Part shown: piece after piece, positions 39,226-52,639 of the stretch
Layout: each line of letters begins with the position of its first letter
How positions within the stretch are numbered: the first letter of the stretch is position 1
Assembly (NCBI GenBank): GCA_964016885.1
Contig: OZ024743.1
Coordinates: 348,874,001 to 348,938,000 of the forward strand
DNA from: Eledone cirrhosa
Lineage: Eukaryota
Reading direction: 5' to 3'
DNA length: 64,000 bases
The notes under the pieces: generated by a model
The model's database searches: none
What the model was told of the DNA's origin: nothing
The model's input: only the letters and a program-made list of their open reading frames with translations
Program-made: the position numbers and the translations under genes

Positions 39226-39226
39226 A
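39084..39226 (+). repeat. Compound (TAA)n(GAA)n(CAA)n microsatellite
   Basis: Direct reading. Confidence 0.95.
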
Positions 39227-41340
39227 ACCTCACTTCTGTTGATAATGCTTCCAAGGTAGGTGAAGTTGTTCATCACCTTCACATCTTCCTGATTGATTGT
39301 TAGTGATGGATGTATACCAACTAACATGTTCTTGGTATTTTTGCACCTGCTGAAGAGATCGATGTTGGCTGCAGATGTCCCTTTTTCATCTATCAGATAG
39401 TGTAAATCGCATAGAGTTTTAATCATGTCTGCAAAAGTTTTCTAAATTCAAGGTTTGAGAAATTTGGTTCCTCTAGCCAGCCGTTCCTCTCATCTCCTTC
39501 TACCCTTTTGAGAATTCAGTCGATGGCCAAACAAAGAGAATCGGAGACAGCGGGCCTCCTTGGCGGACTCCTGTGATGACCGCAAACCACTCACTATAGC
39601 CATCCTCAGTTTTCAACCAGTCTATAAATCCTTGATAGCTGAGACAATCTTGGATGGCACACCATAAGATCAGAATCCAGCTGGTTGCTCACACATGATT
39701 GATCGACTGCCTCTTTCATTCGATTCATGTTTATATTTGTATAGGTCGAAATGTTAATCCCCATCAGTTTACCCATTTTGCAAGATTACCTCCGTTCTTC
39801 CAGTCCTCCGATACCTTACCTGTATTACATATCGGGTTGCATAACTGACACATTCATGTGATGACACATCCCCCCACCCCCGTTGAGCATATCTGCGGTG
39901 ATGCAATCCATACATGGCGACGATTTGATTTTATCGTTTTGAAGGTCTCCTGTATTTTACTGCTGAGAAGTCGCCAGAGTTTACTACGTTTATTACTCCC
40001 AGAGATCAAGGTTCAGGTTGGTTAGTACTCGACCATCTCGCAAGTTTATCTTCATCTTTGGACAACAGGATTTCATCCTTTGCCTTTTTCGGGCCTGACC
40101 TGCTTTTAATCCACCAGTGATCTTCTTAGCAATTTGATATACAGCACGCAGGTCATTTCACTTAGCACTGATCTCTGCTTCTTCAACATGGCTCTCCAAC
40201 CATAGGCATTTGTATCTTTGAGCACTACATTGTAATTCCTTGCTCTCTGTGGTATATTTCTGTCACACAGTGCTGTAGTTATCATTGCTCTGCTTTTCTT
40301 GTAGAAATATTCTTTCGTTAATTTGTTGCAAGGCGTGGTCATAATCTATGTTTCCTTGTTTGGTTTCTTGTACGACAGTATTTCTTTACCAGCTATTGTA
40401 TTTGCCTCCTGTCAGCATGCCTGCAAATTCAATGCGTCTGGTAGATTGACTTCTGAGGCAGAGAACCTGTTTTGAAGAACTGCATCGCACTCACTGGCTT
40501 ACAAAGAAATTGTTTGTTTGGTGATGTCAAACCTTCAAGTTAATGATGTCTTGTTATATTTCCTCCTCAGGTTGATTTTAATTTTGAGGATCACTTCGTA
40601 GTGGTCGATGCTGACATCGGCGTTTCAATATACTCTAAAATCTTGGAAAGAAGGTATTATTCATTCAGGTCCAAACGTTAAGTGGTTTATTTGGGTCTTT
40701 ACATTATGATTACTGGAAGTTCATGTGATTTTATGAATGGACGTATGTTCACAGAAGAATGATCCGATCTTCATGTTCTTTGCACAGAAATCGATTAATC
40801 TAATACCGTTGTCAGTGCGGTTACCAAACCAATAAGGACCCAGAATTTACTCAAACCCTTTTGTACTTACTCCAAACTGAGCATTCATAAACCCCCTGTG
40901 CTGGTAATATCCTGACCTTGTTGAGAGAGTGCATAATTGTCGGCTTCTTCCTGTTCATTTGCAGGAGCGCGTGACTTTAGGGTGAGAAGTGAAAAATCGT
41001 GACGTCAAAAGTCGTTCTAGGTGTCCAGTTCTGAAGAGTTTCATTTGTGTCTTATCCAAGGTAATGGCCGTTCCAGATTAACGTATTACATATTGACGTC
41101 CCGAGAAAAGAATAGTCTTTTACTCTGATCTAAACCGTCCCGTACCAATCCAAATGATCTCACTGAGTTGTAATATGATTAGATTGTAGGCCGCCATTTC
41201 CTTGATGACTTGAGCCAATTTTTATGATTGGTACATCATTCGTGCATTCCAGTATCTAATGCGTGTGAGAGTTTTAGCAGTCAGTATTAAACGGCAGCTT
41301 CCTCGGATAGGCTTACTGTGTCAGGGGAAGACGACTTTCG
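39227..41340 (-). mobile_element. 5' and central part of an old RTE-clade LINE
   Basis: APE N-terminus RIRYWNARMMYQ..KLAQVIKEMAAYNL.IL.LSE..W.GTG, GNRTDNGIRLIDFC, and RT-end VMNNFTYLGSII. Confidence 0.8.
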
Positions 41341-42802
41341 TTCTGACTACTTTAGGTTTGTTGCACTTTGAACTCTTTTCGTAGCAGAAGGTTTTTTTTA
41401 CGGGAGTAGGAATCCACTCATTGAGAGTTACCATTTAATCCATGGACGGGTGTGTAAAGGTCTTTCAGTAACCTTGATTCGCCCAAACAAAGTCCCTCGT
41501 AGGATATTCGTACCATTTTATAGACGAGAAGCTGACAGAATTCAGGTCAGCGCATCCGAGGCACCAGCCGCTGTGATGACTGTGACTGCTGATTCGTACA
41601 TCTTAAGATGCCTTATTTCGCAGCTTATCATCATACTGACGGGGTGACCTCTATCCACAAACTGAAGACATGGTTAAAGGCTCACAACTATGCTCGCTAC
41701 TTATCAAAAATATTTTTGGCTAATATGATGTTTTGCAGTAAACATTATTACATGTTAACTTGTAGAAATTTGTTACTGCAATACAAGTCTTGATAAAGAC
41801 AGTCTGGCTCGCCATTGTTTCTAAATGATTTACTTCCCCAAATGAAATTGTATTTGTAAAAGAAAGGAAACTGTCTAAATAAAATATATACTCCGATTCC
41901 ACATCTGCTGTTTTCTTCTAATCTATAATACGAGCAGCAGATATTAATTTATAGAGTAAGCGACAAAGACAAAATAAAATAAAACTACAAAAACAACAGA
42001 ATATAATAAATTTGTGTGATACAGTTCATATGATAGCTATTCATATCTCTAGAGTTTAGAGATTGGTTGCCATGTTGGATTTATTGCTCTTTACAGTTTC
42101 ACTACTAAAAGAATCACGTCAAAACGAACATCAAAGATTCGTTTATTCGATTAGTTCTTTTTAACCAAATGGCTGCTGAACTTTTCAAACGTATATAACC
42201 GGTTTGAACGACACAGGCGCGGCCATTTGACCTTCGTCAAATAATTTCTATTATATAATTAGATGCAGAGGATTTGATCCAAATTAATATGTCAGTTGAC
42301 TGAATGACAATGTCAAAAATAATGATAATAATACACAATAATCTCATTTATATTTCATAGGAGCTGATGTCGCTATGGTTCTCCTGAGATCAGACTATTA
42401 CATTAATCATAGTAGTGTACGTCTTATATTACAGAATTACATTATGAATGAAATTAGCCACCGCCACTGCATCCGGGCTCCGATCAAATGTCTGCTGCTG
42501 GGTTGGATGATTCGCTGAAGCATGCGGGTAGGTGACGCTCTTTACTCCGATGTATTTGTCCTTTTACCGAAATAAATGACTGGCGTTTATTTCAACATGT
42601 TCAGTCCAATGACAAGCTCAATTAACACGGAGACATATATTGGTATCTGCTTTCTAGAGTCTCCATTCTTTACTCGACCAGTCATATTTCTTGGGTAAAA
42701 GAAAAATGTAAAACAAAACCCCCCTCCAAAAATCTATATGAATATATGCGTTTATATAATCCACCATACAAGCATACATACAAAAATATACACATCTATT
42801 TT

Positions 42803-43085
<283 letters not shown>

Positions 43086-43416
43086 GTATGTACATATCGA
43101 TATATGTACGCATGACAAAGAAAATGCTTAGCAAAAGACGAGTATTAAAAAGTGAACCTCAAACTTTCAACCTCCCTCTATAAATTTAATTCATTAAATG
43201 ACAATATATACACGAATAAAAAAATCTTGCGAGATAATTAATATAAATTCATAGATGTGAGTATAGAGTGAGATTTTATCATCTTGATAAACAGAATTAT
43301 GTAAAATTTAATGCTTAATATATAGGCATATATATATATAAATTATACATGACGAACATATTTTTATTATATGTCGTAATCCCGACATATTTTTATTATA
43401 TGTCGTAATCCATAAA

Positions 43417-43719
43417 GGCGGTGAATTGGCAGTATAGGTAGAGGGTCGGACGCCATGCTTTCCAGCATAGTTACGTCCCTTTACGGTCTGAGTTCAAATC
43501 CCGTCGAGGTTAACTTTGCCTTTCATCCTTACGGGGTCGATAAAATAAAGTACCAGTAATGTACTGGGTAATTGCTGGCCTTGTGCCAAAAGTAGAAATA
43601 ATTATATGTCGTAATCCCGCCGAGGTTAACTTTGCCTTTCATCCTTACGAGGTCGATAAAATAAAGTACCAGTAATGTACTGCGTAATTGCTGGCCTTGT
43701 GCCAAAGGTAGAAACAATT
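43417..43719 (+). mobile_element. SINE plus tandem duplication of its 3' half (43614-43719)
   Basis: Full SINE, then ATTATATGTCGTAATCCC fused to the B-box end and a second body. Confidence 0.88.
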
Positions 43720-43747
43720 ATATGTCGTAGTAAATGTAATATGTGTG

Positions 43748-43782
<35 letters not shown>

Positions 43783-43825
43783 ATGTGTGTATGTGTGTGT
43801 GTATACATATATATGTCTGTATGTA

Positions 43826-43858
<33 letters not shown>

Positions 43859-44019
43859 GGATATACATATATATTTATTCATCTATTTATTTATTTATAA
43901 AAGCTGTGTGTATATATATATATATGTGCGGCCGTGTCCGTTGCAAAGTGAAATCATTGACCGAAAATGTATGCCTGTATCAGTATATGTATGTTTCTAT
44001 GAATGTATGTATATAGATA

Positions 44020-44085
<66 letters not shown>

Positions 44086-44606
44086 TACACAATGCTTTCA
44101 ATTTATATTTGTATATTTTGAAGCCATATGCGAACGCATATCTCATGTAATGACAATAAAACATACACTTATGCTTTTGTGCATAGCTCTGTTTGATAAA
44201 CTACGCAGAGGAATCGATATGTGCAGAGAAGAAGTATATCAATAATAACTCTATGGCAAAAAAACATAAATAATTATTTCAAATATAGAAATAAATATAC
44301 ATATAACCATTAATCCATTGCGTATTTAGACAGGTCAATTTACAGTTCATGTACAATCAATACAGTATGTTGCAATTGACATATTGTACCCAATTGTTAA
44401 CATTTGTCAAATGCAAACTCCTGTCATATCCCAAAATGCCATACATATATCAATAACGTGTATGAAACAAGAGATGTGTGTTGGAAAAAATGTTTAATGA
44501 TAATTCTTGCATTATTACTAATATTAAGGTTATATATATGAAGAGAGAGAGAGGCAGGGAAGCAGTGCTTAGCGGTTTCGGCTTCTATTTTCAGGTAGCC
44601 TTTTCT

Positions 44607-44637
<31 letters not shown>

Positions 44638-44680
44638 ATATATATGTATATATATATTTATATAAATATATATGTATTTA

Positions 44681-44741
<61 letters not shown>

Positions 44742-44754
44742 ATATATAGATATG

Positions 44755-45040
44755 TCAGGTCACCAGTTTGTGCTACTGGTAACATGTATCCCAGTACAAC
44801 CTGTCTCATGGTCGGGTCGTTGGCGACTAAACTGGCAACCCCACCAAGGTTCCTTGGTGAGGAGGGTCACTTTGGACATCCTGCAGGACTAAAAACAAAA
44901 CCTGTCAAAGGGCAAAGGAGATCTTAAAGTCAATGGCCATCCAAAATCACCGGGAGAGATGACCCCTTAGCCTTTGTCAAGGCAGAATTCTAGGAGAAGG
45001 AAAACTCTGATATAACATCTGCCACCCTGATGGTATCCAA
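44755..45040 (+). mobile_element. Probable RTE-type 5' UTR fragment
   Basis: Contains CTAGGAGAAGGAAAACTCTGA, recalled as a motif of RTE 5' UTRs; no coding support. Confidence 0.35.
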
Positions 45041-45349
45041 TGATGTTGACTTGTTCTTCTTTTTGGTAAATATCACATCTTGGTTAAAAGAGTGGGACTG
45101 TGCAGTGCCTCACTATAAAAGATTCACGGCACAGGCATTGCTTTGTATCTGGAGATCTCTCTGCACTTGTCCTCACATGGTACCATGGGCCCAGCACTAT
45201 GTGTCAATAAATGTCACAAGTGTGGTGTTTGTACCAGAGTTTTCAAGTCGCTATCTGGACTCAAAAGTCACACTCGTTCAGCGCATCGGTAGGGTTTCTC
45301 CTACATGGATATAACGTAGTGGCCGTACTCGAAAACGAGTTGGCAGCCA

Positions 45350-45420
<71 letters not shown>

Positions 45421-45423
45421 TAA

Positions 45424-45470
<47 letters not shown>

Positions 45471-45582
45471 TTGAAAAAAAATGAAAACGAAATTTCATTT
45501 CTCACTCTTAGTATGGCACTTACTTAAATGTAAGTATGTATGTATACGTACATACATATATGTATACAGAGGTACAGTAGCA

Positions 45583-45638
<56 letters not shown>

Positions 45639-45811
45639 CATACACATATGCATACAGGTACACATACATATATGCACGCATCTGTTTAGCCGGCGTTTAT
45701 TATAACGCCGGCCGCTTTGTTCGTTTGTTTGTCAACAAAGCGAACAGCCTGAATTTATGCCATACGGTGTTAAGGCAACCACGTCACCTTTTTGTTCAAC
45801 ACTGACACAGG

Positions 45812-45856
45812 AACGATGTACTAGTTTCAAGCTTGTTAGCTATCATCAGCACCGTT
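45812..45856 (-). ncRNA. Minimal type-I hammerhead ribozyme, unit 1
   Basis: Minus strand AACGGTG-CTGATGA-tAGCT(aaca)AGCTt-GAAA-CTAG-TA-CATCGTT: 7-bp stem I, canonical core, palindromic stem III ACTAGT, GUA site. Confidence 0.8.
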
Positions 45857-46091
45857 TACCCATCTGCCAGATAGTTGAACGTTCGAAAGTATATACTTTC
45901 CTTATGAAAATTAACGGCTGAGCAGCCTAATTTGCATATTGAGTGAGTTAAATCGGTCAGGCATACCGAAAACGATAAGTTGAAAAAAAATGAAAACGAA
46001 ATTTCATTTCTCACTCTTAGTATGGCACTTACTTAAATGTAAGTATGTATGTATACGTACATACATATATGTATACAGAGGTACAGTAGCA

Positions 46092-46165
<74 letters not shown>

Positions 46166-46338
46166 CATACACATATGCATACAGGTACACATACATATAT
46201 GCACGCATCTGTTTAGCCGGCGTTTATTATAACGCCGGCCGCTTTGTTCGTTTGTTTGTCAACAAAGCGAACAGCCTGAATTTATGCCATACGGTGTTAA
46301 GGCAACCACGTCACCTTTTTGTTCAACACTGACACAGG

Positions 46339-46383
46339 AACGATGTACTAGTTTCAAGCTTGTTAGCTATCATCAGCACCGTT
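46339..46383 (-). ncRNA. Minimal type-I hammerhead ribozyme, unit 2
   Basis: Identical to 45812-45856. Confidence 0.8.
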
Positions 46384-46618
46384 TACCCATCTGCCAGATA
46401 GTTGAACGTTCGAAAGTATATACTTTCCTTATGAAAATTAACGGCTGAGCAGCCTAATTTGCATATTGAGTGAGTTAAATCGGTCAGGCATACCGAAAAC
46501 GATAAGTTGAAAAAAAATGAAAACGAAATTTCATTTCTCACTCTTAGTATGGCACTTACTTAAATGTAAGTATGTATGTATACGTACATACATATATGTA
46601 TACAGAGGTACAGTAGCA

Positions 46619-46666
<48 letters not shown>

Positions 46667-46839
46667 CATACACATATGCATACAGGTACACATACATATA
46701 TGCACGCATCTGTTTAGCCGGCGTTTATTATAACGCCGGCCGCTTTGTTCGTTTGTTTGTCAACAAAGCGAACAGCCTGAATTTATGCCATACGGTGTTA
46801 AGGCAACCACGTCACCTTTTTGTTCAACACTGACACAGG

Positions 46840-46884
46840 AACGATGTACTAGTTTCAAGCTTGTTAGCTATCATCAGCACCGTT
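46840..46884 (-). ncRNA. Minimal type-I hammerhead ribozyme, unit 3
   Basis: Identical to 45812-45856. Confidence 0.8.
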
Positions 46885-47119
46885 TACCCATCTGCCAGAT
46901 AGTTGAACGTTCGAAAGTATATACTTTCCTTATGAAAATTAACGGCTGAGCAGCCTAATTTGCATATTGAGTGAGTTAAATCGGTCAGGCATACCGAAAA
47001 CGATAAGTTGAAAAAAAATGAAAACGAAATTTCATTTCTCACTCTTAGTATGGCACTTACTTAAATGTAAGTATGTATGTATACGTACATACATATATGT
47101 ATACAGAGGTACAGTAGCA

Positions 47120-47189
<70 letters not shown>

Positions 47190-47389
47190 CATACACATAT
47201 GCATACAGGTACACATACATATATGCACGCATCTGTTTAGCCGGCTAAACAGATGCGTGCATATATGTATGTGGAGAGAATCATCCATGGATCGCGGGAA
47301 TTTTAGCCGCCCTAGAAAATATATACTTTATAATAATTGTTCCTACTTTAGGCACAAGGCCAGCAATTACCCTGGTTATATACATTATA

Positions 47390-49560
47390 ATAATAATGCT
47401 AAAAACAATTGTTTCAATTGTTGGTACAGGGGCGACATATAGGGGAAACATACAGGGCCAATGGAAGTATTACGTATATCCATGTGTAAACAATATAAAA
47501 AACAATAAAATTATAACAAATTACATTCCCCAATATGGGGACGGAGGAGTATAACGATCAAGAAGTGACTGGAGTACACCAACAATCTTGAACCACACAA
47601 TGACACATGGTGGGCACTCCTCTTCTTCTTAATTTAGTCAGCCCACAGGCATTCGGTCTCTATAAGCCCATATACATGGCTCATTCCCGCCACATTCACC
47701 CACATGTTATCAAATGTACTGGTGAGGGGACTGCAGCACTTATCTCACATTCCTTATCAAGTGAAACTTGAAAAGGTTGCTGGGGGATTTCAACCTGGTC
47801 TATGACACAACCCCTTTCAACCTGGTCTATGACACAACCCCTTTCGCTACGGTCACCACACAGATTAAAACTCCCTGCCCTTCGCTGCCAAAAGAAGGCG
47901 GTAGGGCGATCTTCACTGTGGATTCGGTCGATAGCACGATTCGTCCCACACGCGTTAACAGCTGTTCCACATACCTGTACAAATCAGTAACGCATGGAAA
48001 CTGGACGAGTGCGTGCAGAATGGTTTCGTCGCTCTGCGCTCATCTCTGACAGGTCCATCTGACCACACTTCTATGCCTGTAGAATGTATCTCAATCTGGT
48101 TGTAGTATCAAGTGTGGGTCTTCTGGAAATAATTCTTACTCTCCGGTTCTAAACTCGTTCAGAATATACTGCTCTGTTCAATTACGTTGACACACAGAGA
48201 CACTGATAGAGGGCAGTGAGTACTTCGCAACATTTCACACGCCTGGCGCTCAGTCTCGGTCGCTACTGCGGAAAGGCCCATCACACAAAGCAACATCGGG
48301 AGTTGCTGCAGCCTCACAGCATGTTTGCGCATCATTAGCCACCTCACACCCATCCCTCCGTACTGAAGATGCTAGCAACATATGGACCGCCTCACCAACG
48401 GAACCTGTCCTCTTCATAAGAAGTTTAAGAAGCGCCGTCCCAAATTGGCAAAAGGGATCGAGAGGGAGGCACGACGTTCAGGTGGTAATAGATCACGGAG
48501 GCCTCCTCATCGTTCAGGGAAAGCTTCATCTCGACTCCTTTTATGGTGAGACTGGCTACCCTGTTCATAATTTCGGCCCAGTTCTTATTCAACTGTTGGT
48601 CTTGTCCATACCAGGTCCTGAGCAACTTTACCGGTCCGTCCGAACATGAACTTGCCTATTAAGGCGCTGAGCTGCAATTCCACTTACATACTGTCTGAAT
48701 CCAAGAAGACAATCGTTACCTCAGCCGACTAAGAGATGCAAAGATCTGATAGTCGTCCAAAATGGGGGCTAGGACGTGCGTGTCAGACATCCTGGTCTCT
48801 CAGACTGCAATTACATCCATATCTAGGAACCTGAGATCGTTCAGCAGGTGACCATTCTTCCAAGAAGACTCCAGGCCACGAACATTCACATATTCTGCTA
48901 TTATTGATGAGTTTTTCTTTGGGAACACCTTTAAGTTTCTTGATGTGGTATTTACATTCGGGTTTCGCAGGTGCCGAGATATGCTTTCCCTAATCAAGAT
49001 GTACGCACTGAGCGAAATAGGTACCATCATCAGATCTACCGGATAACAAAATATGTTGGCGCCGAATATTTCCCCACCTTTTCTATTTCTTGATTTCTTG
49101 CTATCAAGGCCATCAACTCCTTGTTGGCCCTTCTTACTAGCAAGAAGTTGTGTATATTAATTCGTTCTTGTGCTTGTTGTGGTTGTTTGAGTTTGAGGGA
49201 TTGTGGTGGTGGTGTGGAAGTATTTGTTTTTGTTGTGTGTGTGGTGTCTGCATTTCCTGTTGTGGAAGTATGTGCGCCGTCTAGATGTTTTTTTTTTGCC
49301 TTTTTTATTATATTTTTGAATTTTTAGTTTTGCCTCCTCTTCGCTAGTGGCAGACGAGGAGTGTTTGTGTTTGTATGTATGTTTGTATTTGTGTAAATGT
49401 GTGTATCTAGGGGGAGTATGCTTTGCTTTTCTTCCCCCTGGCTGGCCATCTTTGGTCGTGTTTCCGCTGGTGATGTTGCTGGATATTCGCGGAGTCATAA
49501 ATAGCTTTTGCGATTGTTTAATGGCTTTTTTCGTGGAAATATATATATTTTAACGCTAAA
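47390..49560 (-). mobile_element. Old, internally deleted Tx1-type LINE remnant
   Basis: YVNVRGLESSWKNGHLLNDLRFLDMDVIAV (APE start), WYGQDQQLNKNWAEIMNRVASL, WLMMRKHAVRL, 3' UTR and TTA tail. Confidence 0.8.
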
Positions 49561-49737
49561 TTATTAATAACAATATACCATATTGCCGCCATATTGAGCG
49601 CCCCTTCGCATAAGACGTTCCCACGTTTCTTTATTAAATTTCACGTTATATTTTGCTGTTTATAGGCATTTTGATTCGTGGTTTTTCGTATTTTGCGGGT
49701 GCTTTAGAAACATAACTCCCACAAATACCGGGGATCA

Positions 49738-49790
<53 letters not shown>

Positions 49791-50791
49791 CGTATTTTCT
49801 TTTTAATCCGTGCAGGATAGGTAAACCCTGGTGACAGAGCTTTTAATCTGAATGGTACGTTATTGCGTGTCTAATCTTTTAGACAAAACTGCCGGTCTTT
49901 GGGTATTTTATCCGTGGTAGCAGGTGACTGTATAGTTATTTGGAAACCGAAAATAGAGTATATATTTTGTGTTATGTTCGCATGGCTTACATATGTCGTT
50001 TCTCAATCTAAACTATAAATTTGGGTTCAGTAATATTTCCTTATAAACATCTTTTGGTGTTGCAAAAGTCGCAGCTCTGAGAAACAGTGACGTATGGTTT
50101 GCGTCATTCCGCTGTCTTCCATCTGATATTTTCATCAGTGGAGTTCTTTTTCAATTTCCATTCTTGGCTGGAGAGCTTTGTCGTGTATTTTTCTCTATTT
50201 ATCAAAATGATGCTGCCTGGTTGTTCTCTACCGCTTGAGATTGGTGATGTGATCTGCATTTGACGATCTCAATATAGCTTAGAAGACCGTGGTTTCCATC
50301 TTACGATCTTACGTGTCCCCTATAGATGGCATGCATTTCTGATCCTACAGGAACATCCGGCTAGGTTGGTTAGACGCATAACTGTCGGACAGAAAAGGCT
50401 TATTATATTATCTACACTCTAATTTGACATGTTGGATACGTCATACTTCTCTTAACTAGTATGATCTCTTCCCTCACTCTTACACGTTTACTATCTCACC
50501 CATTCACTAAATATATATGCAAACAACACGCATGAAAACACACACACACATAGATATGCACACACACACACACATACAAACACACACACACATACATATA
50601 TGTGCATCGGAGAGGGTGTGGTAAGATACCAGGTGGACCACAACCCACCAGAGTACTCAATACTTGGGGTAGTAGAGTGTGTAATATGAACAGATTAAGG
50701 ACCCCGACGGCTGAGCTTCAACCGTTTCGAGAGCTAGATCCGGACAGAGCTCAGCCGTCGGCGTCATGAACCTTTTCGTATATATATGTAT

Positions 50792-50902
<111 letters not shown>

Positions 50903-51150
50903 GTGTGAGGGGAGGGGGGGTTGTGTGTGTGTATGAGTGTGTGGCGGTTTGAACAGTGATTTCCAGAGCAGGGATTTCGAGAAATAGGTGGTAACTTAAC
51001 CACAACCATGCTAGTCAGCACATCGATCTCGATTGCGCAATCGACCCTCTGAAACGATCGTAAAACAATAAGCCACGTATGTACCTTCGCATCAGTTCTG
51101 TTTTTTTTACTAACCTATGCACAAAGCCAGACACATTCAGACACACACAT

Positions 51151-51285
<135 letters not shown>

Positions 51286-51852
51286 GCTAAAGTACCAATG
51301 AATAGGGAACACAGTTTTAATACAAATCACCAAACATAATATCAATCGGTCTGTGAAGATTATCCAGTTGGAATATTGCCTGTCGATATATTTTACAGCT
51401 TCTATAGATTGTATCTCTAACTTCTTATTTAACCGCTAATTTAAAGTATTAAATATAACACCACAGAATACAAATCCACATTAGTACAATTTTCATTGCA
51501 AAACTGAAATCAAAATTATCAACAAGTTTTAATTAATAGTTTTGCTATAATTAAAAACGTAATAAAAAATAACCCTAACCATTCGTTCTCCAATTTCAAG
51601 TTATTGAAGCAGAAGTTAAGAAACGAAAACAAAAGATTATCTTGATGATCTTGATTAATTGTGATTTCTAGATTGTTCGCTGTGGAAATTGTTTTAACGA
51701 GATTTAGAACACCCCAAAAGTGTTAGTTAAATAGAAACTTAATTAGTATATTATACACACACACACAGAGACAAGCAAAGACACATACATACACGCAGAG
51801 ACACACATATGTACATATATATATATATATGTATATATATGAACATATATGT

Positions 51853-51920
<68 letters not shown>

Positions 51921-52183
51921 ATATATAAATTATCAATACATTTTAAATACAACCTGTTCAACGAAAAGTGATACATTACATAAAGAATAAAGTAAAGACA
52001 GGAAATCATAGTGTACCAGGCATATGTTCCAAGGCCCCGGCTGTTTAAAATTAATAACAGCGAAGTATAGCGAAAGAAATGTTTCGAAAAGCACGTCCAC
52101 CGTGCGGGGCTCATTCTTGTCATTAACTCTCTTAGTATCAATCCCAAAAAGAAGGGAGCAGGTTCGGAGTGCGAGAATATATC

Positions 52184-52229
<46 letters not shown>

Positions 52230-52358
52230 TTATAATAATATATTGCTCTGAGTTTTTAATTTATTAATTCTTCATAGAGCTAAAAAGTGACCGGTTGTAA
52301 CATATATAAATTTATGTATATGTAAACCTTTATATATACAGATATATATATAAATCTC

Positions 52359-52397
<39 letters not shown>

Positions 52398-52603
52398 CTT
52401 ACTCTCTCTCTCTCTTTCATTCTCTCTCATTCTCACACGCACTCTCTCTCTTTATATATATATATATATATAAATATATGCACAACCCATATTTTTGTAT
52501 ATATATATATATATATGTAAGAAGTAAACAGAAATAACAACACAATCGGTACAGTATACGGAAGGTATATATTAGGTTAACGCTTGATATAGCAGGGAGA
52601 AGG

Positions 52604-52639
52604 TCTTAACGTTTCGGACGCTAGTCCTTCATCGGAAGA
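52604..52639 (-). ncRNA. Minimal hammerhead-like motif (C4 variant) in a PLE-type 3' terminus (~52516-52670)
   Basis: Minus strand TCTT-CCGATGA-a-GGAC(tagc)GTCC-GAAA-CG-TT-AAGA; palindromic AACGTT. Confidence 0.6.

Larger units (their letters stand above)
45467..47273 (-). repeat. Tandem array of 3.5 near-identical non-coding units (509, 527, 501 bp) with internal (TA)n; retrozyme-like
   Basis: Units start at ~45467, 45976, 46503 and 47004 and differ almost only in homopolymer and TA length; the array ends in a palindrome at ~47212-47273. Confidence 0.95.

Noticed and set aside
41600-41650. Minus-strand ATGATGA...GCGAAA near the RTE 5' end as a ribozyme
   Set aside because: Core mismatched and stems not convincing.
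42361-42530. AG/GT-bounded segments as host exons
   Set aside because: Stops in the likely frames and no recognisable protein.
45689-45712. Hairpin as a CRESS-virus or Helitron rolling-circle origin
   Set aside because: Loop lacks the NANTATTAC nonanucleotide, no Rep is nearby and there are no TC/CTAG termini; the hammerhead explains the unit better.
45467-47245. Array as a CRISPR locus or as repeated [10 protein letters not shown] peptide genes
   Set aside because: Eukaryotic context, ~500-bp units with no unique spacers; the ORFs run into TA repeats with inconsistent frames between units.
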